A stretch of DNA of 60,844 nucleotides, the filler included, from Diploschistes diacapsis (lineage: Eukaryota), in NCBI GenBank assembly GCA_023645945.1. It is 6 parts of 6 records of this genome, joined end to end, with 100 filler letters (N's around TTAATTAATTAA, not from the genome) between each part and the next. Parts side by side here need not be neighbours in the genome. Positions count along the whole stretch, not along the records: positions 1 to 28,860 come from JALAIB010000141.1; positions 28,961 to 35,299 come from JALAIB010001410.1; positions 35,400 to 41,700 come from JALAIB010001413.1; 3 more parts are not named here. One strand, written 5' to 3'. Position numbers and translations under genes: made by a program. How positions within the stretch are numbered: position 1 is the stretch's first letter; every line of letters begins with the position of its first letter. Under the pieces are notes generated by a model that did no database searches, was not told the origin of the DNA, and saw nothing but the letters and a program-made list of their open reading frames with translations. Positions 25,784 through 38,117 of this stretch are shown here, one piece after another.

Positions 25784-28135
25784 ATGGGGAGCGCAAGGCG
25801 GCGGACAATTGGCGACGACGATGGCAGCGTGCTATCGGTTCCAGACATTGAGAAATATGATTACCGACGCAATTCCACCGGCTCCGACGCCTCACAATAC
25901 TCGCGCGGCAACTCGAGATCACGGTCCCGGTCGAGGTCGGCGTCGCGAGTCGTCTCCTATGGCTCGGCAGACCTTATGCTTCCTCCGAGCACGCCGGTAA
26001 GATACAGGTTCAACAGACCCTTGTACCATTACCGCATACCAAATCGGACGATACGTTGGCTCTGCATTGCGCTCATGTCCACAGTCGTGCTTTTCATACT
26101 AAGCCTGATACGAATGGGAATGATGTCTACGAAAACGCTGGAAAACATCATGAATGAACGCCCACCGCCTCCTGCGCCATGGGAGAGATTTCCGTTCCTC
26201 AAAAGGTACTATGGAGGTTTGCGAACTTTGACTCCGCGCAATCTGAATGCGCCAGAATATCCGACAGACAACATCACATTTATCCAAAAGGAGGAGAAGG
26301 GGAAGCGAGCTATACCCGAGAGCACCCCCCTTGGCGTTTATTCTCAGTTCAAAGCAGAGACTCCGGGTGTTGTAGAGTGTTTCTTAGATGCGGAAGATAG
26401 GATAGGTGTACCCGATATCTTTACGTACACTGGGATTCCGCAAGGCTTTCCAGAACCGGTGATGGGTTCGTCGCATGAACTTGGGTTGTCCGATTCAATA
26501 TGTCTTGACCGATATGGAAGGTTGGGCCCCTACGGATTTGGATACAGTAGGAACAAAGGTGGCACCGGGGCCGGAGTCGAAGGCGAAAGAGAGGGAGCAG
26601 ACATTGTATGGGCGAAAGAGTCACCAATCGATTACTCGAAAATCAATTGGCACGATGCGCAGACCCGTTGTTTTGAGAAGAACAAGCACAGATTCAGCGT
26701 CAAAGATGTGGACCTTGTGGAGCCCTGGAAATCTATGCCAGCGAAGAGAGATTCAGAGAGCCTTGGAATTAACGCGGACTCAACTCCAAGCTTGGACTCG
26801 TTGTCTAGACGAACCAGAACCGCTATAGTCATCCGGACATGGTGGGACTACGATTACATTCCCGAGACAAATATGTATCTGAGGTCTTTGATCTCTGAGC
26901 TACCCCTCCTTACGGGCGGAGAGTACCAGGTCCATTTTCTAATCCATGTCAAAGATGACAATGCACCGATCTGGGCAGATCCAGACACATACAATCGTGT
27001 GCTTGAGAACGCTCTCCCTGCCGAGTTCCGTGGCATGGGAACCCTCTGGAGTGAGCGGCAGATGAATCTCATCTACGGCGGGCTGCCGGAAAGCAACTAT
27101 CGAAATCTTCCAGTACACGGTGTGTACAGAAGTACGCATATGCCGTTGCAATACTTTGCTCAAAAGCATCCCGAGTATGACTATTTCTGGAACTGGGAAA
27201 TGGACGTCCGGTATACTGGACATTGGTACATGCTGTTCGAAGCAGTGAGGAAGTGGGCCAAGAAGCAGCCACGAAAAGGTCTGTGGGAACGTAATGAGCG
27301 GTTCTACGTTCCGGAAGTCCACGGCACATGGGACGACTTCAAGCACATGGCTCGCGTGCAGTCAGAAATGCCCGACCAACCGGCCTCAAGCAAGTGGGCA
27401 AACCTCGGCCCAAACGGGGCCCAGCGACCGGACCCCAGGATCGACAAACCGATCTGGGGTCCGCTCGCGCCCGACGATGTCGGGAACTTCCACTCGGACC
27501 CCGTCCCGCCGACGACGTATGAGAAGGACCACTACGAATGGGGCATCGACGAAGAAGCCGACCTCATCACGTTCAACCCCATGTTCGACCCCGACCGCAC
27601 GGACTGGATCCTCGCAGACGACGTGACAGGCTACAATAACACCCCCGGCTTCCTCCCTCCGCGCCGCACCGCCATCATCACCGCCTCGCGCATGTCCCGC
27701 CGCCTGCTGGAGAGCATGCACAACGAGACCACATTCCACCAGCACACCATGTTCTCCGAGATGTGGCCCGCATCCTGCGCGCTGCACCACGGGCTGAAAG
27801 CGGTGTATGTGCCGCATCCGGTGTACATCGATCGCATGTGGCCCGTGCAGGATCTCGCCAAGGTCATGAACAACGGCAAGAACCACGCGGTGGGCGGCGC
27901 GCGGACGACGGTGTTCGGGGACTCGCTGCAGCATAATTTGCTCGGAGTCACGTGGCACTATAATACAGGCTTTGCGCCGAATCTGTGGAAGAGGTGGTTG
28001 GGGTACAAGGTGAATGGCGACGGGGGGGAGGAGGAGGAGATTGCGATGGAGGGGAGGATGTGCTTGCCGCCTATGCTGTTGCATCCTGTTAAGGACATGC
28101 AGTTGGTGATTGAGGGGAGGAGGGAGGGGGAGTAA
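25784..28135 (+). CDS. DUF3405-type type II membrane protein (783 aa)
   Basis: Single TM near the N-terminus; CLDRYGRLGPYG, RTAIVIRTW, LRSLISEL, YDYFWNWEMDVRYTGHWY, WGIDEEADLITFNPMFDP, SEMWPASCALHHGLKAVYVPHP, RMCLPPMLLHPVK. Confidence 0.88.
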   Translation: MGSARRRTIGDDDGSVLSVPDIEKYDYRRNSTGSDASQYSRGNSRSRSRSRSASRVVSYGSADLMLPPSTPVRYRFNRPLYHYRIPNRTIRWLCIALMSTVVLFILSLIRMGMMSTKTLENIMNERPPPPAPWERFPFLKRYYGGLRTLTPRNLNAPEYPTDNITFIQKEEKGKRAIPESTPLGVYSQFKAETPGVVECFLDAEDRIGVPDIFTYTGIPQGFPEPVMGSSHELGLSDSICLDRYGRLGPYGFGYSRNKGGTGAGVEGEREGADIVWAKESPIDYSKINWHDAQTRCFEKNKHRFSVKDVDLVEPWKSMPAKRDSESLGINADSTPSLDSLSRRTRTAIVIRTWWDYDYIPETNMYLRSLISELPLLTGGEYQVHFLIHVKDDNAPIWADPDTYNRVLENALPAEFRGMGTLWSERQMNLIYGGLPESNYRNLPVHGVYRSTHMPLQYFAQKHPEYDYFWNWEMDVRYTGHWYMLFEAVRKWAKKQPRKGLWERNERFYVPEVHGTWDDFKHMARVQSEMPDQPASSKWANLGPNGAQRPDPRIDKPIWGPLAPDDVGNFHSDPVPPTTYEKDHYEWGIDEEADLITFNPMFDPDRTDWILADDVTGYNNTPGFLPPRRTAIITASRMSRRLLESMHNETTFHQHTMFSEMWPASCALHHGLKAVYVPHPVYIDRMWPVQDLAKVMNNGKNHAVGGARTTVFGDSLQHNLLGVTWHYNTGFAPNLWKRWLGYKVNGDGGEEEEIAMEGRMCLPPMLLHPVKDMQLVIEGRREGE

Positions 28136-28581
28136 GGTACATATAGTGGAAGAGCGGGGATATTGACAGAGGGGGGGCGTTTTGGTAATGACAAGGACGA
28201 ACTGATTGCATGGTAGCATATTGACACACAACGCGTACGATTATGACGGGGGTTTTGTATATATACATTAGACGTAATGGTTTTGTTTATAGTACCTCGT
28301 CATTTTACCTGGCCAACCTCGCTGTTACTCTCGTGCAATATCCTTGATTTTTTCTTCATTCCTGTCGTCCTTCGACTGTAATCCAGATTTCCGGTATACC
28401 ATCTCTTCTTCGTGGTGCCTGGAGGCTTCTTGAATGACTCAATGACAATGATAATGATTTGCATTGTCAGCTGAAGCTGAATTACCTTGATGACGTGTGC
28501 ACAACTATTGGTTGTGAAACTCCCACTTCGGAAAGAAACCAGCCCCCAAAATATCATATGTCGGCCTTCCAAGTTCCTAAG

Positions 28582-28860
28582 TGTTGAAAGTGGATGCAAG
28601 GTTCCTCCTAATAAAAGACAAGAGCTAAAATATATTCTGTGCTAATCCTAACTAGGAAATAATTCCTAGCCTACCTAGCCAGCTTACGGAATAATTAATA
28701 ATAAGATATTATTGGAGATAATGAAGATTATAGCTAGAAATGATAAGAAATGAAAGATCATTTAAAGACACATTTCACGCTACTAGCACTAGTAATTAAT
28801 ATTAGAAAATAATCTCCGATATTTATTGGACCCATGATCCAGCATTTTATTAAGTATATT
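28582..28860. mobile_element. Degenerate LTR-like repeat, same family as 48802-49233, truncated by the gap
   Basis: Starts TGTTGAAAGTGG like 48802 and shares TCCTAACTAGG(A/G)AATAA(T)TCCTAGCCT(A/G)CCTAGCC and CACATTTCACGCTA; AT-rich. Confidence 0.7.
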
Positions 28861-28960
28861 NNNNNNNNNNNNNNNNNNNNNNNNNNNNNNNNNNNNNNNN
28901 NNNNTTAATTAATTAANNNNNNNNNNNNNNNNNNNNNNNNNNNNNNNNNNNNNNNNNNNN
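28861..28960. other. Artificial contig linker N44-TTAATTAATTAA-N44 (also at 35300-35399, 41701-41800, 48088-48187, 54474-54573)
   Basis: The same 100-nt structure occurs five times; the core gives stop codons in all six frames. Confidence 0.97.
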
Positions 28961-30444
28961 AAGTGGGAGAGTACGGGGTAGGGAGGTAAATCAACGGCCC
29001 GGCAAGGTAGAACGACTCAAGCAATAAATGATATCCGTAATTAGTTGCCGTGCTGCAGGCTCCTGTGCCAATCTGCTGTTGACAAGTTGGGGGAATGAGA
29101 GAAATGTGTGAATTGGCCTGGAACTGAACTGGTGTATCTATGATGGAATGGGGGTGGAGGCAAGGACTTTTTGGGGGAAGATCAGACAGTAACAAACGAG
29201 GTGGGAGCCCGGCTGGTTTTGTGTGGGAGGGCTCGATGCTTGCTGGCATAAGCACAAGGCGTGGTGGCATGGGTGTTACTTGGTAGGTCGGTCGGTCAGA
29301 AGAGGCGGCCTTGGGCAGGGAGGGAGTACTTAAAGGGTATCCGTTAAGTTAATTCTAATTATTGATAGATTAGTGGGAGAATGACAATGGGTGCTTCCCT
29401 ACGTGGCATTTTGTGGCAGATGGGTTTTAGTAGGGCCCGCCATGTAGTTAGTTAGGGACGGGGGGGTGTGATGATGGATGAGGGTAGGCTTGTGTGTGTG
29501 CAGGGCAGGGGAAAGGCCTGTTAGAGTTGCGATGAAAGTGTGTGGACTTAGGTAGGGACGGAGCTACTTGCTACAAGCTTTGGAGGTGTACAAAGGGACG
29601 GCCTACTTCGTACCCGCCGCTGTTTTATTACCGCTTGCCCCGGGTTGGGCATGCTTGAAACGCTCACACTTGCTATCTACACTCCCATGCTGGCTGGGGA
29701 TGGCATCAGATCCTACTGTATACCTCCTGCCTTTTGTTTCTCGGTAAGCAACAGCGCTGCTTTCTCGTAGCAACCACACTACTATACAACGACTCCAAGG
29801 TGTCTGCTTGCATCTCCAGCTCAGATGTGGCAGGCCCAGTGACAAAGGAGCCAAACAATTCACGTCATATACAGAGTAGGTAGGTACGCATGGCCAGTCA
29901 CTGTCCCAGTTCCCACCCACACACACTAGCAAGCAGTATTCTCCTGGTTTTGGCAATTCGGGTCAGTACTGGCTTCGGATTTGGGCCCGAAATTGCATAG
30001 ACGCAAAGTCAGTCGGGCGCTCCGTTTTTGACAGAAGCCGAAGTCGAAGTGGGCACAAGATCAAGCGAGGCGCGGTGTATGAGCTGGCAGCTCTGAACGT
30101 GTGATCTTCAACGTTGGACTCTGATGGGCTGGCCGTGCCATTGCAGAATTACGGTGAGAGAGGGACATATCAATGATACCATGCTCCACCGATCTATTTC
30201 CTTTTTCCCCGTTCTAGCCCCAATTTGTTTCTTACTCAGATAGTTGTATACTAGAAGTCTAGTCTAACGGAAACGGAAGCGTCTTAGTAGTGCCACTTTC
30301 CCGAGGTACTTCCCCGTCCAACTACTCTTTTGGAAGGAAGGGCTTGTATATTAAGTTGGCCGCAGAACTCGCAGGCCGAGATCGGTTAAGCAGGCAGGGT
30401 CACGCTACTTCGGGGAACAGGAATAGTGACTTTAGCTGAGTGGT

Positions 30445-30514
30445 GGTACAGGTATACAGGTACAGGTAGGTGTACAGATACAGATACAGATACAGATACA
30501 GATAACAGATACAG
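30445..30514. repeat. Imperfect (GATACA/GGTACA)n microsatellite
   Basis: GGTACAGGTATACAGGTACAGG..TACAGATACAGATACAGATACAGATACAGATA. Confidence 0.8.
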
Positions 30515-33500
30515 GTGGCTCAATGCCCCCGTTGACCGCCCAGCCAGCCAGCTCAGCTCAGCCCCCCGCTGGCCCTCCCCCAGGCTCAATTGCCTCTCTT
30601 CGAATTGCTCTCGTCAGCAATATAAGCTACATGTACTCTGTAGACTACTCTGTACTACTGGGCATGCTGCATTGATGTATGCAGCATCTACCTTAACATG
30701 GGCTGTCGATCAGATCAGATCGAATCGATGAGTCTGGGAAATTCACTTATGTGCTGCTTCAAGAAAAACAAACACACACTACACCAACGTGGAAGTATAT
30801 TCCTTCCAGACCTCGGACCATGTCCACCCTGCCTGTCTAACCCCACAGCTTTAAGCTTTATTCCTTCTCGAAGTCTTTTGCAGCAGCAGACATTCCTCGG
30901 TACAGCATGACCGCTGACTTTTCTTTGATCACCTACTTCTACCGGCTCTTCAGAACATGTTAGAATCAAGGAATCTCGCTATTTTCCTTGCTCCATGCGC
31001 AGGTACAGACAGGATAGGCTAATTCCTCGTTGGGACCTGCGTTATTAACGACCGCTACACAAATAAACGACACCTTGAAGAACAAAGATTATACTTCTAT
31101 ACCAGACCGGAAGAGGGAGCTCCCTTTCCTTCTCTGATGCTGGAAAGAGTTGAGCCGCGAGGGGCAAGTGACAGCTGACTTCATTTGATCTTCTCGACAA
31201 GCCCAACCTCCGCCCAGGCCCGATGAATCGTGGTGCGACTGAAGGATCACCATTTGTCCGTCTTCTGGATTAGTACTGGTTTCTGTTCTGCTATCATCCA
31301 CAGAGTATGGTCTGCCGTCGTGGAAGCTGGCCAGGTGAGCAGCAGCGCCAACTCTACCAGCCTCGTATGCTTTGACAGCGGGGGCTGGATCCTTTACTAG
31401 GAAGCTCAGGCCATGCGATGAAACGTAACACTTGAAATGTCAACGATAAACAGAAGGTGGTACACCGATACAACCATAATCATAATCATAATCATAATCA
31501 TACAGCCGCCGAGACAGGGCTGGCTGGCTGGCTGGCTCTACATGCACATCAAAAATGGCACAAGGGCACCTTGTGATTGTCCCTAGCTCCAGTCCCTTGC
31601 CTTGATCTCACCTTTGAGTTCGATCTTCAAATAGCTGAATTCTAGAGGCGGCGGGCGCATGCCACGTCCCGGAAACCCTAATCTGAACTTACTGATCGCT
31701 GCTCCTCGCCACCGACATCGTGGCGCTGACAGCTCACCGAGGCCATCAACAGAAGAGCAGAGCACTCCCTAGTTCATATCCTGTTGCGACAATGGCTGGA
31801 TCGTCGGGTAGCACAACTTCTTGACTTCGTATCTTTGATGCGCCGGATTCGTGGTAGAATATATGCATGATTGAGCTCGTGATCCGGAGAAGCCGAAGCT
31901 CGCTTCTTTTGCTCCCTACCGACATATCAACTATCGACTCGTGTAGCATTAGCTTTGCCATCTTAGGAGTCTGCTCTTTTCTTCGACCAAACACGTCAAA
32001 CGCTCCGGGGACGGACGGAACACACTCGCAACATGCTGAACGTCGATTCCTTCCCTCGCTCAAGCATCCTTTTCCTGCTGCGAACTGAAACTTCCCGACA
32101 GCATGTTCGATTCCGTAAGGAGAAATGGAACGCGGCATGCAGCAGCGATAGGATACGGTCGAGACTCCCCTCGCATACCTATCTGAACCGAGCGCTAACC
32201 ATTACCCTCAGAAATGACTTTTTGTTTTGCCGCTACACCATACGGGGGAGCAATCCAATCCCTCCCATGCCACCCAACCTTACCGAAGACAAGATGCCTT
32301 AGACAGAGATCGGTGAACGGTTTGGAGATGTGAGTCGAACGACCGCTTCACGCTTTACCATCCAATGCTACAAGTTGAAGTAGATGCATTCATTGTCTTA
32401 TTGTGTTGGCACATCGGAAGTCACGGTCGCGATGATGAGAAGCGAAAGCGGCCTTGGCAGACATGCTCTCCTACTGACGAATGGCAACTAGTTCAGTCGC
32501 GAAATCATATTAGATGTTCAAGGTAAGGGGCTCTGCACCGTGATGAACGTTCTTTACGCGAAACTACGACCATGCTTTCCTCCTACCTTCCCTTCTTAAG
32601 CCTTGGCCGGCAGATTGCTTCCCATTCATATTTTCCTCGCCATTGACGAACTTTGAATACTCTACCAGATTACGAAGCTGCGACTTCCCATTGCAGACTC
32701 AAGTGGCACACGCATATTTGGTAACGCCAGATGTGGGGAATGGAGCCTCTTCTGCTTTTCCCCTTTTCCAACTCGACCCCTATCCATGTTCCAAACGCAT
32801 TCCTGAATCTTACCATGGAGGAGAACCGCAGGCGACCATTTTCGAGTTGAGGCTTGACGACGTTGAAGGATTGTTGATGAATGTGCAAGAGGTGATTGGA
32901 CTGCATGCACCAATCTTACTCTATAGTAGGTCCTTCATAGCCATTTTGGGCTTATGTTGCTGCTAGTGTCCAGCGGAGCGCTGCGTGGAGCGCCCTTGCC
33001 TCGACCGACCATTGTTCTTGAACAGCAAGTGTTCCAAAGCTCCCCATCACCCACTGTAGTTTCTTGCATTCCCATCAAATCACACTTCCTTGCCCGCTCC
33101 ACGTGGGCCGGCAGCCACCCTACTAGTAGTCTCGACCCCTTGCGCCCCTGTGACGAATCCTATGGATCCTGTGTCGCGTGGAGGCAGCAGGGATCAACAA
33201 AGCGCCTTTTAATTTTACTATATTTGCACACCGCAAGAGCACGCTCAAACGATATGTTAGCATCCAGGTGGACGTGTTGTATATACTGTACTGTGCTATA
33301 ACTCATAGTTGAAGTACAAAGAAAGGCTGAGTAAGCCTCGGCTAGGGCCACGTGCTGGTACCACGCTCTTATCGCATTTCTGGCATGTCAAGAATGGGTT
33401 GCAGTAGCATTTTGCTTTGGCGAGAAAACGCTCCTTGCTGGATTGCCCGCCATGTTCACGTCAAATATTTGGGTTTTGAGGCCGCCGGTCCGCACTAATT

Positions 33501-36239
33501 AACCTACCAAATACAATCCAGGTAGGTTTATTTCTTCTTAAGACTCCGTTCATCCTTCTGACTCTGTTGTTTGAAACTTCTTGCGGGATCATGAGCTTCT
33601 TATCGAAGCGTACCCCACTTACGAGAAGGAGGATTTTCGATTCTCCTTTGGAATGGATTTTAATAATATCTCGAGATGGCCTTGACATTCACCTTCTCTA
33701 CATGGCAGCGATTCACGAAAACAGTGGTCCGATAAGTCTCTAGCCAGGAAAAGAGATCACAGGCTTTTTCCGGGGACAAGACGCCAGAGCTACTTCCGAA
33801 CCCGTTATGTTTGGAAGATCGGATCTCGACGGATCGTCGTTACCACGTGGTGTAGGGTGTACTTCTAAAAGGTGACAGGAAGATGCGTTCGAATGCCTCG
33901 TTACCCTATCCCAAAACGATATGGAACGAACTGTTGGAGCGAAAATCCCGCGTGCGTGCAAACTGGCCAAGGCCAAGTTGCTCTACTCTGAATCATCCGG
34001 ACAGGTCTGGACGGTTAGAAGTCGAGCATCCTGGAATTACAGACTGATTTTAGGCGAAAGGTGAAGAATCCCCAAGCCGAAGAATCGCAGCAGCTGGCTC
34101 AATTGTGATTACTGAGCAATGCTGTCTTTGCACTTGCTTGCTGGAGACTTCATCATATCGACTACCATCATCCAAAGGCATCTTCAAGTCAGGATTGCAT
34201 ACCCGTTCTTCCAACCTAGCTCTCGCGATTCCCAAGGATGATGAGGAGATATAGCTCTAAAGCTATAGGAGCGAGTACGACCTGTTTCCGAGGACGTGTA
34301 CGCGTCGAGAACCAAGCATCGACTTTGCTACTTTGCACACCGTCTATACCGACACACACCTTCGATCCAGCTTCCACAGACTTCGAGAGCCAGGTCTTTA
34401 AAAATGTAATATTTCAAAAGTACGATAACAGAGTTCGCAGGCGGGAGTGGTCTGCCAACGGATCGCCTGATGTGCGGAAACTCTACGACTATCTTCGCTG
34501 TCGAGCCTTGTCATGGATAGACATTTTGGGACGGTCTCCCATACCAAAATTCATCTGACCATGCTTTCCCCGTCATCAAAAGCTCGCGAACGACTGCCAG
34601 ATGCATCCGCGCCAACCATATGTAACATCGTTGAGGTCCTTGTGGGCGCGATCGACGATAATGCATCCACACACAGGTGCTCAACGCCAAAAGCAGGATG
34701 CCTCGATATTACTACAACATAGGCTGCTAGGCTGCTTCGCCGCAAGGGGAAGGGCTGGGGATGATGATTTGGTTCGGGCCGCGCCGTCGGATATTAGACA
34801 AGAACGATCGATTATGCGGCATACAGAGAGCCTGGGGGAAGTCAGCATTACGGGCTTAGAAGATCACATGGACAACGGACACGGCAGAGCGATAGCAGGC
34901 CATTGGCGCGGCAATAATGGTGCTACAGCCACAGAGAACTAGAGGATATCTCGTAGTTAGAGTATTTGTACAAAGCAAAACCTGTTATGGAGAGGCAGGA
35001 ACGGTCAGTTCACCCTTATGTTTACGGTTCAGTAAGCCAGGGGACAAACGCACAACAAGTTATCCGACAAGTTACTGCAATAAAGATGCAAAGTGAAACT
35101 GTGTTTTCTAGTTACCCGATCGAACCGTGCATCGGACGAGGTATGAAGTACCTTCCGTACCATTCTTGTCATAGAAGAATGATGGAACCCAGGATCTGTC
35201 ATCTGGGCCGTGGAGGATCTGCAGGCAAGGGGGTGGGGGGGGTTTGGTTGGTGAGGTATTACGTTGTCTCTAATCTCTAATAGGCCACAGACTTGCTGCN
35301 NNNNNNNNNNNNNNNNNNNNNNNNNNNNNNNNNNNNNNNNNNNTTAATTAATTAANNNNNNNNNNNNNNNNNNNNNNNNNNNNNNNNNNNNNNNNNNNNG
35401 AGGAAGAGGGTGTGGTTGCGGAGGTGCTGTTTGACGGGGAGGGGTGAGGAGGGGAGATGGAGGTAGGTGGGCGGCTGGGCTGGGTCAGGCCGGGCCAGGT
35501 TTAGTTGCATGGCCCATGTTGCTCTTCTTCTTTGCATAGCCGTTGCTTACTTTGCCCAACCGCACTAATCCAATCCAATCCAGGTCAGTTGCTATCGGCT
35601 TGGAAACCGGTAGGGAAACCAGCATTACACGCATCTTGGGCTGCCAAAGTATGTCAGATGAATGGTGTTAACTAACCGCCTCCTTTCCTTTTCGGAGCTT
35701 GTTCGCTAAGCACATCGGTTTACGGACCCTCCCCAACCTTGGTGCATGTCTCCTGTTCTTCCAAATGCTCACTTCCCCTTGCTGAATTTTTTTAACGCGG
35801 TGCACCAGCAGTCCAAGCTTTCCCATGTTTATTTTGAGAGCTATTTTCTTTGCTTTGGCTCTCCTCTTGCGCTTCGTCAGATACTTGTGCTCTGCAAATG
35901 AGCCTTCTCCGGCTTTGAGCCGCGGATATTGCATCTAGCATCCGTGTCTTCCACCACATGGCCAGCAGCCACTTTTCGCCGTCTTGAAGCTAAGATAACA
36001 CGCAGTGCACTTTTCCTTCCTCGATCACCTCAGCTCCCCCTTCCTACAGGACTTCAAAGGCAACCACCGATCAGACACCTACCAATCCCTATCCTGTATG
36101 TCTGCGTGAAAGGGAAGAAAATCCTATATCCTAGAAACCAACTTAGCACCTCAGCACCGAAAAAAACGAATATAATATTGTAAAAGCCATCGATTCAAGC
36201 ACTGCAGCAACGTTAGGCTAGGGCTCTGAATAAGCGTCA

Positions 36240-37420
36240 TTACCACGGATGTCTCTCCCCGTCCCAGCGCCAGAAGCTGCCCGTGTCGCCGTGGCAGAGG
36301 CGGGTAATGACCAGGATCATGTTGCGAATGGACTCTTGCGGGGAGATGACGCCTTCGATTTCCCAAGTCGTGTCGATTTTGGCCATGTCGCTGTGATTGG
36401 ACGAAGGGTTAGTATGGTGACGGGTGGCGAGCCTGGATGCTGTGCGGAGGGGAGAATCGGTGTGGTGAAAAGACTAGGGCAATGTTGTGGAGTATGAACT
36501 CACGTGCTAACCTCTCCGGGGTGCATGGCGATGATGGTGGTTGGAGAGTTTGCTCTCTTGAGCTCTTCGCTCATGTGCTGTTGATGAGTAAGCTGAAGAT
36601 GCTCTTCGATTGTATGATACAGACGTCTAGGACGGCCGATGCTCGAACGTTGAACTAAAGGATTAAGAAACCATCCCGGCTCTTGAACACCAGAGGAAAG
36701 ATAGAAGCACTGTGGGGCAATTAAGTTCGCGAACAACAAAGGGCTCTCACCCTCAGCGAGTGGTTGAGCGCAGCCTTGGAAGCGGCATAAGCAGCAAAGC
36801 CATCTTCGTGGGACAGGAAGTTCGTTGCAGAGGCGGAGTCGCTGGACATGAAGACCATCATGCCAATTAGAATGTTTGTTTTCATCAGCTTCTGAGCGGT
36901 GATGATTGGACCGATGCAATTGGTACGCATGTGTTGGTCAAACTTGGAGAAGCTCCTGGAGGGCATCAGCCACGATCATCCAGGGAAGCTCTGGAGGAGA
37001 ACTCGTACATGTCTGTTGCTCGCTTGGGTCCTGTTAGTACGAGGAACCTGCTTCCTGAGGCGGCTATCGAAGCTTACGTTGGGATAATGGAGCACCCCAG
37101 CATTCATGATCACATAATCCAATCTCTGCGGCGCGAAGCGAAGCCTCCTCATCTCTCTTATAAACACCTGATACGCGTGGGTGCCGAGAGTTTGCACAAG
37201 AGGCGGGACAACTTACGTCGATGGTAGCGTCGGTGGATACGTCGCAATGTATCAACTGCAGCGCGCCGAGTCGGCAAGATTGCATGAGCAGGTACAGCTG
37301 GCCAGCCTTCTCGACATCTCTGGCCGTTGCAATGACCATGTCACCGCGCTGCAGGATCTGCTGCACGAACTCCAGACCTATGCCTCGAGTGGCACCAACA
37401 ACCAGCCAGGTGTTGACCAT
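36240..37420 (-). CDS. Short-chain dehydrogenase/reductase (CsgA/C-factor-like, 245 aa); exons 37420-37217, 37167-37078, 37022-37009, 36955-36751, 36577-36504, 36390-36240
   Basis: VGATRGIG dinucleotide-binding loop, NAG motif, catalytic YAASK, MHPGEVSTDM, C-terminal GSFWRWDGERHPW; exons sum to 738 nt including a 14-nt micro-exon. Confidence 0.9.
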
Positions 37421-38117
37421 GGTGAGCTCCGGCACACTTGCAGTCTTCCGATGGTCAATCAGATAATACACGCTTCTTCGGCACAAAATGGCAATTCTCG
37501 GGTAGTAAGTTGGGTAGAAATGAAGGAGTCTCTCAGGAAATTCTTTTAAGATGATTGTGCACCATAGCTGTACGAGATGGTATTATATAGATTCCTGCTG
37601 GGGCCGTAATCTGCGGCTTGTTGGACTGAGCAAATTGGAGAAAGGAAAGTCATAACGAGAAGAAGAGATGAAATGGGATGTAGTGGGTAATAGGGTAATA
37701 CCAGAAGGCTGACAAGCGTTGAGTTGAATTTTCAACCGGCTGCAATGTCACCTGTTCGACTCGACTTGGAGCTGGAGCGAGCGTTGTAGTTAGTAGCATA
37801 TCTTTAGGTGAGATACACTGACAACAAGATCAGTAGATAGATACCTTCTGATACTAATACTAGCAGGCTGTGGGGGGGATTCAACATGCGCCCTTATCAT
37901 CTTAACCAACAGACGTAACATCTTCGAGGCTAATGGTCCTAACTCGAATGGAAACAGCCGGCTCCCGAATATCTTCGATGTGTTTCTTTGAAGTCGGAGT
38001 GGTACTTCATGAAGACAATATATTTATATCTATGTCTATATCTCTATCTCAAAGCACTTTGACTGATAGACTCCCAGACTGATATTAATATAATATTATT
38101 ATTTTCCAGTGCGTTTT

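Noticed and set aside
25784..28135. DUF3405 gene as a Starship captain or MFS transporter
   Set aside because: Captains are DUF3435 tyrosine recombinases; this protein shows no recombinase motifs and has only one TM helix.
28905..28916. TTAATTAATTAA repeated five times between N runs
   Set aside because: Artificial six-frame stop linker, not a biological repeat or CRISPR array.
31673..31681. AAACCCTAA resembling a telomerase RNA template
   Set aside because: Only an 8/9 match to TAACCCTAA with no supporting structure; expected by chance.
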